From assembly GCA_951406725.2 (NCBI GenBank), contig OX597828.1:4712001-4776000 (forward strand): 64,000 nucleotides of DNA, read 5' to 3'. Both the position numbers and the translations under genes were made by a program. Below, piece by piece: positions 41,746 through 55,889 of the stretch; the first letter of the stretch is position 1; every line of letters starts with the position of its first letter. This DNA comes from Octopus vulgaris. Lineage: Eukaryota. The notes under the pieces were generated by a model. The model was not told the origin of the DNA, did not search any database, and saw only the letters and a program-made list of their open reading frames with translations.

Positions 41746-44700
41746 TTCGAGAAAGGTTACACATTCGCATGCATACATATTAAAATATTCACATACTTGT
41801 TTAAATATATTCTGAGGTTTAGACAAATGCTGTGTCATTGCAAAAGCATTTCAGCATTTTAATACGGCTTAATCTACCAATATAAGTATTTGTTTTGAAT
41901 AAACGTCTAATGGTATTTCTAGTTGTATTTTTATTGTATTTTAAGTAAAAATTTGTGTGTGTGCGTACGCGAATATACACATACGTATGCGTATATTGTT
42001 TGTTCCCTTCGTTTCTTCTCTACCTGTCTTGCTGGCGTGGGTAATAAAGAAATATTTGTTACAGCTAACTGTCAAAGAAAATTATTTTTTTCCGCACTCC
42101 AGCAATGTTCTCATTTGCATACAGCCAATCAGAGCTCAACTACCAAACTAATTCAAGTGCGCGTAACAAGTGATGTACGATAAGGTCACTTGGGTAAGGA
42201 ACGACCATGCTTCTTTTCTCTTTTAAAAGGCTTGTTCATGTTCTTGTTTCAACCATGGCTGCCTCTGCATAGTTATTTGTGTTGTTGTTTACTTTCTAAA
42301 ACAGTAAGGGGAGAAGGATGCTAGCACATCACCCTCTATTCACATTTCAACTACTCAAATGGAAGATCTTTGTGATTTGAAACATCACTTCTTTTATTAT
42401 ACGAGCTAATGCTCCAACGGACAGGCTGACCTCATTTGGATGAGGTAATGTCCCACTACACCGGTGAGTCGCGTGTTTTGTGCATTAGCACCGTTTGTCA
42501 TGTTTCTAGTCAGTCATCATTACTTCTAATTTCAACACTTCGTATGACATTCTCAGCCCATGCTCCATTTGCAAATATCATGCTACAAAGATGTATGAAT
42601 CAAAGGTTTAATTTCATTAACTCTAACTCAATTCATATCTAAATACATGTTATATTTGAATGTTTTCAATATATTGTACACGTTGAAATTATAATCATTT
42701 ACAATACAAATAGTTCCAGAAGACTTAAACGTGTATAAAAAATATATGTAATACGTTCCATCTATATTATATTGAAATTTTTAAACAAATTTTGCTGCAA
42801 GAGTAGCCATTCTACTATTCCAACACATCTTAATTAAAATTAAACCTTAGTGATGAATAAAGCAGGGATGAACTAAAAGCTTTTAATGCAATAAATAAGG
42901 AAATAGGGATTTCAATTGACTTTTCACCTATACGTTGAAATCCGTAGGGTTAAGTTGTATTAAGCTTAACAGTAGTACAGTAGAACTGACCTAGCAGGCA
43001 CTCGTAGGTCATGAGAAATCTACGAAACCATGTATTAATACAAAAGTGCGCCCGAAGTTGTAAAATAAAGGTGAAGATCAAGTATTCGTGACTGAAAGTA
43101 AAACTTTTACATAATTAAATTAAATTGCATTATATATCTCGCATGTATATTAGATATCAGAGTCATTTGTTTATAACTGTTTACATCAAAAAGAGTAAAT
43201 CTGTAATTAATGAAAATTCTATAGTTTACTACTTTAAAGATATACACACACACACATAGACACACACACAAACACACACATACATATATGAAGAAACCCA
43301 TTTTTTTCTGTCACAGTTTTATATGCCTTAATATTAGACTATTTTCAATAGTCAATATATATGGTGAAAACTTCTAATTATATTTAAGAAAACTTTTCAC
43401 TCATCACTGTTTTTTTTAAACTTAGATGCACTCACGCACACACGCATACACACACGCACACTTATACACACATACACATTCGCATAAATATACACACTCA
43501 TAAATACGCGCACGATCGCACTCATACGTATGTTTTCTACTATCTCCTGTGCTGCTGCTGCCAGCGAACTTTCGAAGTTACAATCAATAAGCACTTCGCT
43601 TGAATTATCTGTAATGCACCTTAGTTATTGTGATTTATTTCTCCTCTTTCTATTACTTAAAACACGCACATGCACATTCACACATACCTACACACACATA
43701 TATACACACACACACGCACGCACACATACACTCACGTATACACACGCGTATATTTACACATATTGTGGAAAGTAAGACACTGCTAATATTTTGATTCGCA
43801 GTTCATGTACTTTAAGAGTCATCAAGAACGTGCACTTTAATTCATGTTCTATATAAATATGATAGTGTTTCAATAGCTGGAAATCGATACTTTACGTTTG
43901 AAATTCTTATTCTGCTTCAGTGTCATATCAGAATGTGTATGGTAATATTACATTCAATTTACACGCAACGAATATTTTTGTTTGTCGATGTACGTGATAA
44001 ATTAGATTTCTCTCATATGACTAACAGCAAACAAAACTTACGTTATGTTGATGTAAGATTTTGCCTGTTATTCAACAACGTTTGATCTTGTAAAAACTAC
44101 AGTTATCTTCAAGATTGGTCTTGATCAGCCTTAAGGATCGCAAGTGGTTTAAAGTATGAACAGAAATATACAGTTGTAACCTGATTTTTTTCTTGATAAT
44201 TTGTTTAAGATAACGCGTGCGGTTAACTTATGGAGGATTATATTCCTGCAGCTGTTTTATGGCATTCAACTTATGATAGTATTTATGGAGTATGCTGTGT
44301 TTCAACCTGTTTTCTCTAAGACGAATAATGAAATGCAATATATTCTGCTGTTAAATCGTTTTCCACAAGACCATGGAATATAGAATTTAATATCATTGAA
44401 TAGTACTTTTCTTGTCAGAAGTATTAACTATAAATAAATTCCAACATTTATTCATAGATGTAATATCTAGGGATAACGCTACCATACTGATTCTGGTCAT
44501 CGGCATAAATAGCGATATATAACTAAGGATTTTACCTGAATACATGCAACTTTTAAAACACATAACTCTTTAGATAACCATAATAATTGTATCTAGAAAA
44601 ACTGTTACGATATATCATTTGAGCAAACGTTGGAGTTTCTAATGTTTTAATAATCGAGGGTACATGCAAATATTTTAGATGTCTAACCAAACAGTTCATT

Positions 44701-46214
44701 GAAGTCTTTTGGAATTCTGCCCGAAAGCGTTTATCTCGTGTGATGAATTCGATTATTGGTCCACCAATTGTGAGAATCATCCAACCGCCTACCTTTAAGA
44801 AAGCAGGGAAGCTGTGTTCCTCTGTCAAGTAGCTATGGCCAGAGAGGATGTGTGGTTCACGAGGTTGAATATACTGAGAAACGACACGTTCCTAATCGGT
44901 CAATCGGCAGATTCAAATTCCACTTGGAAAGCAAGTGGGTGTGTAGAGAGAAATGACACCTCTTAGTGACTCTGTGACAGCGTGGATGACCGTGGTAGAA
45001 ACGAGAAAGATGAATGGACATACTCTAAATATGCACCTCTAGATTGAAGAACAGTTGGGCCAAGGTTCATGGCTTTGGTGATCAGGATAATTCTCAATTT
45101 TTGAGGAACTTGGTTGGTCCTAGAGAGAGGTTTAGTGTATCAGGATGACTGCACCATTCATGTTGTCACATATATCGAGTACTTTGTATATTTATATCTC
45201 ATACTCTTGTCCTTCGTCGTACCCTGCATTTTTTAAAAGTAAACTGTAGAGTGCTTTTTCTTTTGATGTCACTATAGGGATTGTCCCTGTTGCTCATGGA
45301 AGTAATTATCATCATTGTTATCATTATAACCATTACACACACACACACACACACACACATGTATATATATATATATATATATAAACTACAGTGTACATTA
45401 AAACACATTAAAAGACTTCCATCATAGGAATCCTTTACGCTAGAAAGAACAGTTAATGTCCAAATCACTAAATTAGGGATAAATCCTCGAAGGGAATGAA
45501 AAATGAAAACATTTTCCATCTAATTCCTGGATCATGGTTTCTGACTTATTTTAGAAAATAAAAATTATTTATTACCAGGTGAATCTTCATCAACAGGGAC
45601 GCCATAGATTAAATATATAAGCAACGAGGCTAATCCAACATGTGTCTCATTGCTTGTATATTTAATTTTTTTCTCAAATCCACTTTTTTGTCGGCAGCAA
45701 GATTCTGGCAAAAGGATTCCTATGATGGAAGCCTCTTACTGTGTTTTAATGTACACCGTATTTTATATGAATAATATATAGTCTATTGACAAATTTTTTG
45801 TACGCTAGGCCACAGGTAGTAAACATTTCTAAAATTTGTATTACCCTGATATTATTAATTATGTATAATGATTTCTGGTATATTCGTTCGAATATATTGC
45901 CGGCATATTCTTGCTGCCGGCAAAAAAGACTGCGCTTGTTTTTAAACTTGATATGGATTAGGTTTTGTATACTAATTACGAAAATGATATTCATTTCCCC
46001 TATAAGTTCATAATTAAAAAGTTATTAGTTTGGAAAATTTCCACAATTTGGGTATTTTAGCCAATCAGAAGTGAGAATGTTACACATCACCGTGAAGTTC
46101 TGTTAGCATAATAAGCAAAGAAACAAACCGAGTTCCATAGCTGACTGCAACGAACTCTATTTCTGTATTAACCAAATATTCTGCGCATGCGTACAAGGAG
46201 TGTAGAAAAAGACT

Positions 46215-46530
46215 GCATTTGACGCTCAGTTTGTCCAGGAACTACTATCCTCACTGACTTTTGAGGAGCTTATAAATATATTCCAGAAATCGTGGGCTAT
46301 GATTTCAAACATAAAACTGTGAACCATAGTATTGAGTTGATAAACTCAATATATGGGACTCCCACTCAACAAACTGAGAGTATCTGGGCATCTTTAAAGC
46401 GTGGAAACAAACGCCAGTGTGGGACACACGGTTCCATGGTTGACTCTTATCTTTGTGTATTTATGTGGGAAAGGAGAAAGATAGTTTATTTTATAAAATC
46501 CTAGAGTGTATTGCAAACTTTCGTTCTTGA
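46215..46530 (+). mobile_element. Merlin (IS1016/IS1595-like) DDE transposase fragment
   Basis: PGTTILTDF*GAY..HKTVNHS..GTPTQQTESIWASLKR..SYLCVFMW. Confidence 0.8.
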
Positions 46531-46824
46531 CTTTCTTTTAACTAATAAATAGCAGTTTTAAGCAATGTTTTGACTGTTATTCCTAGCAACTCTTGTTTGT
46601 TTGCTCGTAGCTTTTCAAGCTTTAATTTACTCGTGAATCTTTAAACGTTTTTCACTGTCTACTGTAGCTAATGCTTTGACTTGCCAGTGCTCCCTCCCCC
46701 TTCTCGATACTATGACAGATAATGGAAGTGGCAACGAACACGTTGCTTTCTGATTGGTTGAAAATTCGGAAAATTATCAAATATATATGTATATATATAT
46801 ATACAGACATATATATATATATAT

Positions 46825-47145
46825 ACGACGGGTTTCTTTTAGTTTCCATCAACCAAATCTACTCACAAAGCTTTGGTGGCTCGAGACTATAGTAGAAGAC
46901 GACTACGGTGCCACACAGTGGAACTGGACTCGGAACCATGTGTTTGGGAAGTAAGCTTTTTACCGCAGAGTGGTCATGCTTTCCTTGTTTCTGCCAACAG
47001 ACTGCGGTCATGCTGGGGCACCGCTATGAAAAATTGTTAGTCAAATAGTTAATACTCATTCTACTGGTCTATTTCCCAAACCATTCGGTTACGGGGATGT
47101 AAGTACACTATCAGCGTTTGTTAAGCGGTGGGTAGGGACAGAAAC
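46825..47145 (-). mobile_element. Two half-copies of the octopus-type SINE (head half, then tail half)
   Basis: 46825-46980 matches 53385-53546 and 47000-47145 matches 53180-53345. Confidence 0.7.
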
Positions 47146-47793
47146 TGACAATGACACAACTCACACACACACACACACACAATTTGCACAATTTCGGTAT
47201 TTTAGCCAATCAGAAGCAAGTATTTTACACATCACCTTGAAATTCTGTTACCATTGTAAGCATAGTTGACTGCGAAGAAGTCTGTTTCCATAGTAACCAT
47301 AGATGCTGCGCATGCGAACAAGGAGAGTAAAAAAGGACTGCATACGACACACACACACGCGCACACACACACACACATAAATACACGTGCAAGAAATAAA
47401 AATTATTGAACTTTCTACAGATACATAAGGCGCGTTCACTTAACTAGTCTGAATGCGCCCCAATTGTGTGTACACGCGGTTATGAATAATATTTTATATC
47501 ACGATATTATTAACTATACAGTTTTTGATGAAAATAATTAATTATAAGACGAGTATGCACATTTGCATACACATGTTTCCCTCTGCACACACATACAAAC
47601 ACACACGCTCGCATACGTCCCTCCCCCATATATATAGAGAGATATATAGATAGATAGATAGAGAGATATATAGATAGATATAGATAGAGAGATAGATATA
47701 TAGATATATATACCATCTCTAAGCATAGCAACATATATATATGTGTGTGTGTGTGTGTGTATGTGCGTGTGTGTGCGCGCACACGAACACAAA

Positions 47794-48995
47794 CACACAT
47801 GACAGAAGTAAATGGACACACTAATATTCTTTAAAAATTATTTAAATCGGAAATTATACATTCAAATTATTTATTGATAGTTATAATGTGGTTATTTAAT
47901 ATTTAATTGACATGCCCTTTGCATTTTTCGATGCAAGGATCCAATTAGACATGTTACCGATCAGATGATAAGTATTCTCGTGCGGAATTTCTTGCCAAGT
48001 TCGTTGCGGTAATCTCAAAAGAACTGGCTTTGAAGATGCTTTCTTGTTCTTTTTATGAATTACTCTGTTTTTGTGTCCCAGAGGAGTTCAACAGTGTTCA
48101 CATCTGGTGACTGGCTCCGCCATGAAAGACTTTTAATGCCATTGTCATCTAAAAAATCTTGGTTAATTTCAGCGGTTTGACATAAATAAAAGTCTTCTTT
48201 AATCATTTCACCCCTGGAGAGATTGGAAGGAGTCCTTTCTGCAATATGGACACATATGTATCTGAGTTTATTTTTCCCTCACACTCCACCAACTCTGATC
48301 AAAAAGTGCTCCAAATTGCCCCCCAGGCTATCACAGATTAGCTGCCATGTTTCATCGTTGGCTGCTATCGTTTCACATCAAATTCTAAATCACAGAATCT
48401 CTATACTCACAGTCGACCACTGTCTGGAAATACAGCAAATCTGGTCTCATCAAAGAAGATTGCAGTAGCTTTTCCACCATCTCACTGGCCTAATCTTTTT
48501 TCGCTTGATGTTGGCTGGTCGAAGAAGTGGTTTCCTTCTTGCTGCACCACCATAGTAACGAAGTTTGTGATACTTAACTGCTGTTTTGGGACTGATATCA
48601 ACTTGTTCTGCTATGTTGGAGGCCTTGCACCGAGGGTTATCCTCGACACTTCTCTTAAGAAAACGAAGGGTCCTGTCAGAGCGTTCTGGTTGATCTAGGT
48701 GAGGTAATGTGAAATCCTCCCCTCTTAGGAGAATTTGCCCAATCACTCTATTAACTGTAAAAAGCAGGATTCCAAAATTTTCTGCTGACTATGTCCACCT
48801 TCAGAATGACCCACAATACAGCATTTTTGAACTTCAGGTAGTTCCAAAGCTTCTTTAGTACATGACCTGATTAAACAGTCACATATAGAACCTGAAACAT
48901 AAAAATTTCACTTAATAAGAAACATAGACCTTTACAAGTTAGAATAAACATAAAATGATTTTTTATGGAGTTTCTGTTTACTTCTGTCATAACTG
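47794..48995 (-). mobile_element. Decayed Tc1-family transposon
   Basis: Short TIRs ATGACAGAAGTAAA (47799) and TTTACTTCTGTCATAACTG (48977-48995). Peptide KASNIAEQVDISPKT..AARRKPLL, a degenerate SQSPD..TVELLW motif and a C-terminal KAKGMS. Confidence 0.75.
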
Positions 48996-49149
48996 CGTAT
49001 ATATATATATATGGCAAATTAAAGATGGGAGTTAGAAGATACGAGAATCTTTATTAATCAAGACAATTATTTCGGCATATTTAGCATCGATTCCTCACGA
49101 GTGGGATACGTAAATTCAATATATATATATATATATGTAATTTATATTT

Positions 49150-49372
49150 TAATTATTTCAATAATTAGATTGCGGCGATGCAAGGGCACTACCTTAGAAT
49201 TTGTTTTCTGCTGAATCGACCCCATTACTTTTTTTGTTAGAGTGGTACTTATTCCATCGACCGCTTTTCCCTTACTGCTAATGTACGGGAACGTAAATAC
49301 ATCAACATCGGTTCTTAAGCTGTGGTAAGGGACGATCATAAACGTAAAACCAGATACATACAGACACAACAC

Positions 49373-49375
<3 letters not shown>
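49150..49375 (-). mobile_element. Octopus-type SINE tail half, degenerate
   Basis: GCACTACCTT..GTACTTATTCCATCG..TACGGGAACGTAAATACATCAACATCGGTT matches 53195-53340. Confidence 0.65.
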
Positions 49376-49443
<68 letters not shown>

Positions 49444-51159
49444 ATATACATACATATATATGCATACACACACAGAAGTACACATAGATGTATTTATATA
49501 GGTACAGTATATAGCTCTAATTTAGGTAAAAACCAACAGATTGGTACGCAATCCAACCAATTTAATACTCACTAAAAAAGAGCTACTAGGAGTTTAATGT
49601 AGTTTAGTAGTTTAGTTTCTACGTGGGCATATTTATAAAGCACGCCATGTATCTCCTTAAAATATATCTCACGCTCTGTTTATGCGTGAGATATATTTAA
49701 AAAAAAAACATAACGCTGGTATGGGAAAAGAAAGATAACTGAGAATATCGCGAAGTTTCATGCAATAATATGGAATGAGAAGAAAGAAACGAAAGTAACA
49801 TAACCAAGATTCCCTTCTTCCTGAGAGCAGGAATCACAATCAGTTAATTAATATAAGTACCTAACACATAAACAAAGCTTGAAAGATTGCCTGGTGACGC
49901 ATGGCGCGTGTTTTACAAATCTACCTTTCGGATTTGACGATTTCGGATTTTGATGTAGAGCGTCATAATTCACATCAGTGACTCTTACCGCGCCTATGGT
50001 TAACCTCAATACCCTCTGTCAGTCATATAAAAAAAAATCTGTTGAAACTCATATGCTGATTTCAAGACGGTAAAAGTGTAAACTACAAGATAATATGGGT
50101 GGCGTTAGCTTATTAGGTGGCTTTAGTTTGTTAAATTGCTAATAAGGTAGTTCAGTTCTAATGATTTCTTAAATTACTGATCGTTTTGTTTTGTTTGTCA
50201 AAACTCTTGCGTTGCTTTTGCTACCTTATCAGTGCAAAGGTTGCAAGAAAGAATTTTGACAAACGAAAACAGAACAATCGGATATTTAACCAATTGCCTA
50301 ATAATAAATTAGAAGAATTGAGCTAGCGTTTATTTTAATTTTATTGGCCTCATGGCTCTCCATAAACACAACAAGATTTGTTTCAACTCACGAATTCACA
50401 GAAAGAATCTTGCAAACCAGATAGAAAAAAAAAACGAAAACAAAAAAAAAAACAATTTTGAAAGATAATCATTAAATATTGAATTCGAAATATAACCAAA
50501 GTTTTCTTCAAATAAATCTGAGTAAAATCGCCATCATGAAACTGAAGTACTGGAATTGGTGCTTTTATACATCAAACGAAGGAGAAAGGCATAGGGGTGC
50601 ATTCATCTCCTTACTTTTTTAACTCCTTACAGAATATACTGTAACCTGTGTTCTTGCGATGTACAGCAAACATCTTGAATAGTTTCGGGAAAAGATTTGC
50701 GCCACAACAACCCAAAGTACTGTCAATATTTTCATATTACGTTGCTAAGTATCATGTTTATAGAAAACCAAAGACCACCTACAAAGCAATTGCATTATAG
50801 CCATTGACTTATATCCATAAAATATCTATGCAACGACATTAATAAGATATCAATAATATCCTCAGACAAAAAAGAAATTAATAGCAGCCAGTAAAATAAA
50901 ATTTAGAAAAGAAATTGCTCTATGCATATACAAAGACTATAAGTACAAACACACGCGCGCGCACTGGTACACACACACACATACACACACACTTACACAC
51001 ACAAACACGCGCAGGTTGTATCGTACTTGGTTACTACGGTGAAATTACTGATTTTTTTCTTATTTTTTTGTAATGTTCAATACAGTTTAAGCAGATATTT
51101 GGCCAAGAACGTTTCATTTCTGGCAATCTCGTTTTTGTGTTTACATATAGCAATAACAT

Positions 51160-51378
51160 GATATTCAAAGGCCCACACCTATTTGATATCGTGCCAACAA
51201 AAGTCTGAGATATCTACCTTCGAGGATCCCATATGAACATACAGAACGGCAAGAAACTCAAACGAATACAGCACTATCAAACTCCCTCTTTCACCAAGCA
51301 TATGGTCATTGAAAATTAGATAAGACAAGCGGTGCCCCAACATGGCCACAACCTTCAAGCTGAAACATATAAAAGAAA
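51160..51378 (+). mobile_element. CR1-like LINE 3' end, degenerate
   Basis: KGPHLFDIVP-like peptide, AALSNSL, and a tail GCGGTGCCCCAACATGGCCAC..CTGAAACATATAAAAG. Confidence 0.55.
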
Positions 51379-52289
51379 ACTCGACTGTATTATCCGTTAT
51401 GGCTTTGTTTTTTAAGACAGTAAGTTGTGATCTGAGGATGTTTATATTGCTGTGCTTGGTAGTAGGTCAAATCGAAGCATAGAGCCATGTCTTAATGGTT
51501 TTATGTTCTCTTGATATCATGTGTTTCTGTGATGTTGCAATAAGCAACGAATCTACTCATAAAAAAATCAAACACCATCTATAAAATATCAAATCAAAAA
51601 CATATTTCCATTCCCATGTAAAATGAATCATTACAGATATAAATTAATCGGATAAAAACGAAAGTTAATAACGGATATTCAAATAATTGAGTTGGCCACC
51701 TTCTTCAGTAATACAGCGACAAATTCCTAGTAATAAATGCAACAGAAGCAAAACAGCTAAAATAAGAAATCTTTTCATGATGTACATTACATGAACAAAA
51801 TGCAAACTACCTTATAAAATAGATGAACACGCTTAAAACAAAATTCATTAAGCAGAACACAATTCGCATTACGGCGATTAATAAACTAGCATTAAAAATC
51901 ATGAAAGCTTTAAAAAGTAGAAAAGAAAAACTCGCATGTAAAACCTGCTCGTCCACAACAAAATTGGCTGGAAGCCGCTAATAACCTTTACATGACTAAA
52001 TTAATTTTAAAATTCGGATGAAAAGATGATCATTGAAAATTTGATTAATCTAATTGCTACAATGGATATAAGAATACTATAATCAAACACGCATATGGAT
52101 GTACAAACACACGCATACGACGATAGATACATTCACATACATCTGAGTGTATGTACATGTGTGTGTGCCTGTGTATTTGTGTATGAGTTTGTGTGTCTGT
52201 ATGTGTGCGTGCGTGTGTGTCTTGGTGTGAGCCTCTTTATATATGCATATTAACACCATTTGTGTGTGTTGTGCATGTTAGTAATCGTT

Positions 52290-52700
52290 TCTACTATAAC
52301 CATAAAGCCTGAAATTGGGAGGAGGAGGAGGAGGAGGAGGTGGTGGTGGAGGAGGAGGAGGTGGTGGAGGAGGAGGAGGAGGAGGAGGAGACTAACTGAT
52401 TACATCGAACCCCAGCTCTCACCAGGTATTTATTTAACCGACATCGAATGAATATAAGTCAACGTCGACCTCAGAATGCAAACAGGCAAAACCTGCCGCT
52501 AAGCATTGTATCCGCTTTGCAAACGATTCAGTCAGCTGACCTACTTTGTGTATATTAATAATACGGAAGGTGTTAATCAATTACATCAACCCCAGTGCTC
52601 AACTAGGACTTATTCCATCGATCCTGAAATCCAAAAAAAATGTAAAGACTGCCGAAATTCTGTTTACTGTTTTCTCCGGCGAGCTAACGATTCTGTGTAT
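52290..52700 (-). mobile_element. Two degenerate copies of the second SINE family, one carrying a (GGA)n expansion
   Basis: GATTACATCGAACCCCAG.. and ATTACATCAACCCCAGTGCTCAACT.. match the 32870-33500 units; (GGA/GGT)n at 52318-52390. Confidence 0.6.
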
Positions 52701-52842
52701 ATCAATGATAATAATAATATTCAAACACACGCACACACGCACAAACACACACACGCGCACACATATACACACACATACACACAAACACGCACGCGTACAC
52801 ATATACACGCACACACAAATATTGATATTTTCAAATGAAGAA

Positions 52843-53050
52843 TGCGGCGAGCTGGCAGGCTCATTGGCACGCCGGGTGGAATGATTAATGGCATTTCGTC
52901 TTTGCGTTCTAAGTTCAAATTCCACCAGGGTTGACTTTGCCTTTCATCCTTCAAGAGTCGATAGAATAAGTACCTGTTGAACGCTGGGGTCGATTTAATT
53001 GACTTAGCATATTTCCCAAACATGTTGCTCTTGTGCCGAAATTTGAAACT
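52843..53050 (+). mobile_element. tRNA-derived SINE (second family), near complete
   Basis: GCGGCGAGCTGGCAG (A box), AAGTTCAAATTCC (B box) and a TTTGCCTTTCATCCTT..GTCGATAGAATAAGTACC core. Confidence 0.8.
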
Positions 53051-53147
53051 GATGTTACATCAACCGTGTTATTTTATATTTTTGCTACGCATGAGAGCAT
53101 CGTTCGTATGTTTGACCGGCACATGTTTGAAAATAGCGGCAATTCCT

Positions 53148-53546
53148 CTCTTTTACTCTTTTACTTGTTTTAGTCATTTGACTGCGGCCATGCTGGAGCA
53201 CCACCTTTAATCGAGCAACTCGACCCCGGGAGTTATTCTTTTGTAAGCCCAGTACTTATTCTATCGGCCTCTTTTGCCGAACCGTTAAGTAACGGGGACA
53301 TAAACACACCAGCATCGGTTGTCAAGCAATGCTAGGGGGACAAACACAGACACACACACACGCATATATATATATATACATATATACGATGGGCTTCTTT
53401 CAGTTTCCGTCTACCAAATCCACTCACAAGGCTTTGGTCAGCCCGAGGCTATAGTAGAGGACACTTGCCCAAGGTGCCACGCAGTGGGACTGAACCCGCA
53501 ACCATGTGGTTGGTAAACAAGCTACTTACCACACAGCCACTCCTGC
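53148..53546 (-). mobile_element. Complete octopus-type tRNA-derived SINE
   Basis: Reverse complement has a head GCAGGAGTGGCTGTGTGGTAAG (A box) ..GGGTTCAGTCCC (B box), an internal (TA)/(TG) tract, and a tail GGTGCTCCAGCATGGCCGCAGTC..(GTAAAAGA)2. Confidence 0.9.
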
Positions 53547-54764
53547 TTGTAATGGTTGCTTGTAATTATTCAATTTAGGCGTTTTACTATATAGATATTT
53601 TAAATTTCATTTTGAGAATTATATCGGAGGTTATGTATATCTTCCAAGCATATATTCGTTTGAAATTATCGTCCAACAAAAATATGTCCAAACCCTATAT
53701 AAAATTTCCTGGAGTAATTTCCGTGCAAATATGCTGACTCCTCCGCATTCATTTTACATGTGAATGTATGCATATATATATGGCATTATCTGTGCGTGTG
53801 TCTGTGTGCATTTATTTTATATGTGTATACAAATATTTGTAATTAGGTGTGTGTGTGTCTTTGTGTGTGTGTGTGTGTGTGTGTCTTTGTGTGTGAGTGT
53901 GTGTGTGTGTTTGTGTGTGTGTCTGTATGTCTAGCACTGACAATCTGTACAGTTTCATTCAGCGATATTTCATTCAAAAAGCTATAGCCGAAACCTCTTA
54001 TATAAATTGCCGCGCTGTGCTGCAACGCGAAACTTTTGGTTGTGACGTGAACATTTTAAAACACAACCAAATGTGGGTACGTGAGGATCAGGAACCCCGC
54101 CCGAACTAATATGAGTAGTTCAAGGAGAGACCATCAGGATTAAAGTAGTGTGGTAAAAAAAAAATCTAATTAAAATGAATAGTAGTTATGGTTATGTGCA
54201 GTTAGCTTAATGTTAATAAGCACATGGATTTCCTACAACTATTTCGTTATTTTTTCTTTTTGCCTCTTCTACAAATCATAGCACTCTCTTTAAGTTCATG
54301 TATGATAATTACAGATGCCTGTTCATTTACGATAAATTTTCACCATGAATATAGCAAGTTCGAAGACGTAAGAAAGTTATGACGTTCTCTGTCGCTCATT
54401 ATCTGTATGAGTGTGTATGCGTGTGAATGTGTATGTGTATGTGTGTGTGCGTGGGCATGTGTGTGTGTGTGTGAGTGTGTGTGTGTGTGTGATATAAATA
54501 TACGAAAAACCAAATCATGCTGGATGTCGACATCTGACAATCAAACATCAGACAAAATTAATTTTTCAAGTTAAATTACAAAAGCATGGATAAATTGCAA
54601 ATTGTCTACCATGCATACTTTTATTAAATTTACTTTTAAAGTCGTTGTACGAATACTTTCCGTAGGATGAACTATGTTTCTTTAGTTTTTGCTGCTCCGT
54701 TCACTTCAGCACAAAAATATAACTGTATATAGTTACTTACAAAATGATATGCCATATCATTCAT

Positions 54765-54990
54765 GAGGGCGCATAACCAAGTGGGTAATGTGTTCCTATT
54801 TGTGATGCCATGTGTTGAGAAAAATGCTTCATTGCAAGTTGCTCTAAAATGATTGTGACCCCTGACGTGTGTGGCACACCGTGCCGCTGTTCAGAAAACG
54901 TCGATTTAACTGAGGGAGTAGACTAATAGACAGCACATATATTTGATTACTATAAACAAATTATTTGTGCAGGTCGCTCAGCAACGAATT
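54765..54990 (+). mobile_element. tRNA-derived SINE (third family), degenerate
   Basis: GGCGCATAACCAAGTGG head and TGTGTTGAG..TGCTTCATTGCAAGTTGCTC similar to 28420-28620. Confidence 0.45.
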
Positions 54991-55771
54991 GTAAAACCGT
55001 TTTCTATTCTTTTTTTTTCTGACTACATGAAACTACCGTTATGACTAACATTGACAAATAATCTTGTAACCATACATTGAAGATATATGTTCCAAATATC
55101 AGATATAAAACATAGTTTGTATATATATAGCATGGCTAACTATTTGGTTATCAACAGTGATTATATAGTTTTATTTGCAATTAATATTTTGTAACCAATG
55201 ATCGATCAACGAATAAATAATTTCAACATATATAATGTACGAGAGCCTTAACTCGACGATAGTGAAAGCCTTTTAATAACCATTAAAAAAATATCATTTA
55301 CTTAACATAATGAAGATACATAGTTGAAATATCCTAGTTTACGTTTAATTAGTTTACTAGCAGCAATTTTCTGATAGGGGATGTAACAAATTGTGTTTTT
55401 TAAAACATAAATTATTTACATTTTGCTGTTAAATAAAGGAGAATGTTTCTAGACCAGGATGGTTTTAAAATTTGATTACCATTGTGTGCTTGGATAGCAA
55501 ATTTTGATATGCAGACGCATAAAAGCATATTTGATCACACACACGCACACACTCACTCACACACACACGCACATACTCACACATGTTTATGTAGACACAC
55601 AAACACAAATATATATGTATACATGTATATATATGCATATAGATGTGTATATATGTATTTTTATATATGTATATGTATGTATATATATATATACATATAT
55701 ATGTGCATATGTATATGTATATATATGTATGTATATGTGTGTAAGTGGGTGCGTGTGTGTGTATGTATATA

Positions 55772-55889
55772 CTTTATTATTAAAGCTGCAAAAACATCAC
55801 AAAAATATCACAAAATCTACTACTCAGCACTCTGAGCAGCAGTTCTTTATGATATTTTTCTGATGTTTTTTGCAGCTTTCATAATAAAG
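55772..55889. repeat. Imperfect palindrome/hairpin of about 118 bp
   Basis: CTTTATTATTAAAGCTGCAAAAACATCA..CTCAG CACT CTGAG..TGATGTTTTTTGCAGCTTTCATAATAAAG. Confidence 0.85.

Noticed and set aside
43528-43608. Minus-strand exon candidate DNSSEVLIDCNFESSLAAAAQEIVENI
   Set aside because: Weak polypyrimidine tract and donor, and no recognisable homology.
52260-52451. Arg-rich, protamine-like ORF
   Set aside because: It derives from a (GGA)n expansion inside a SINE.
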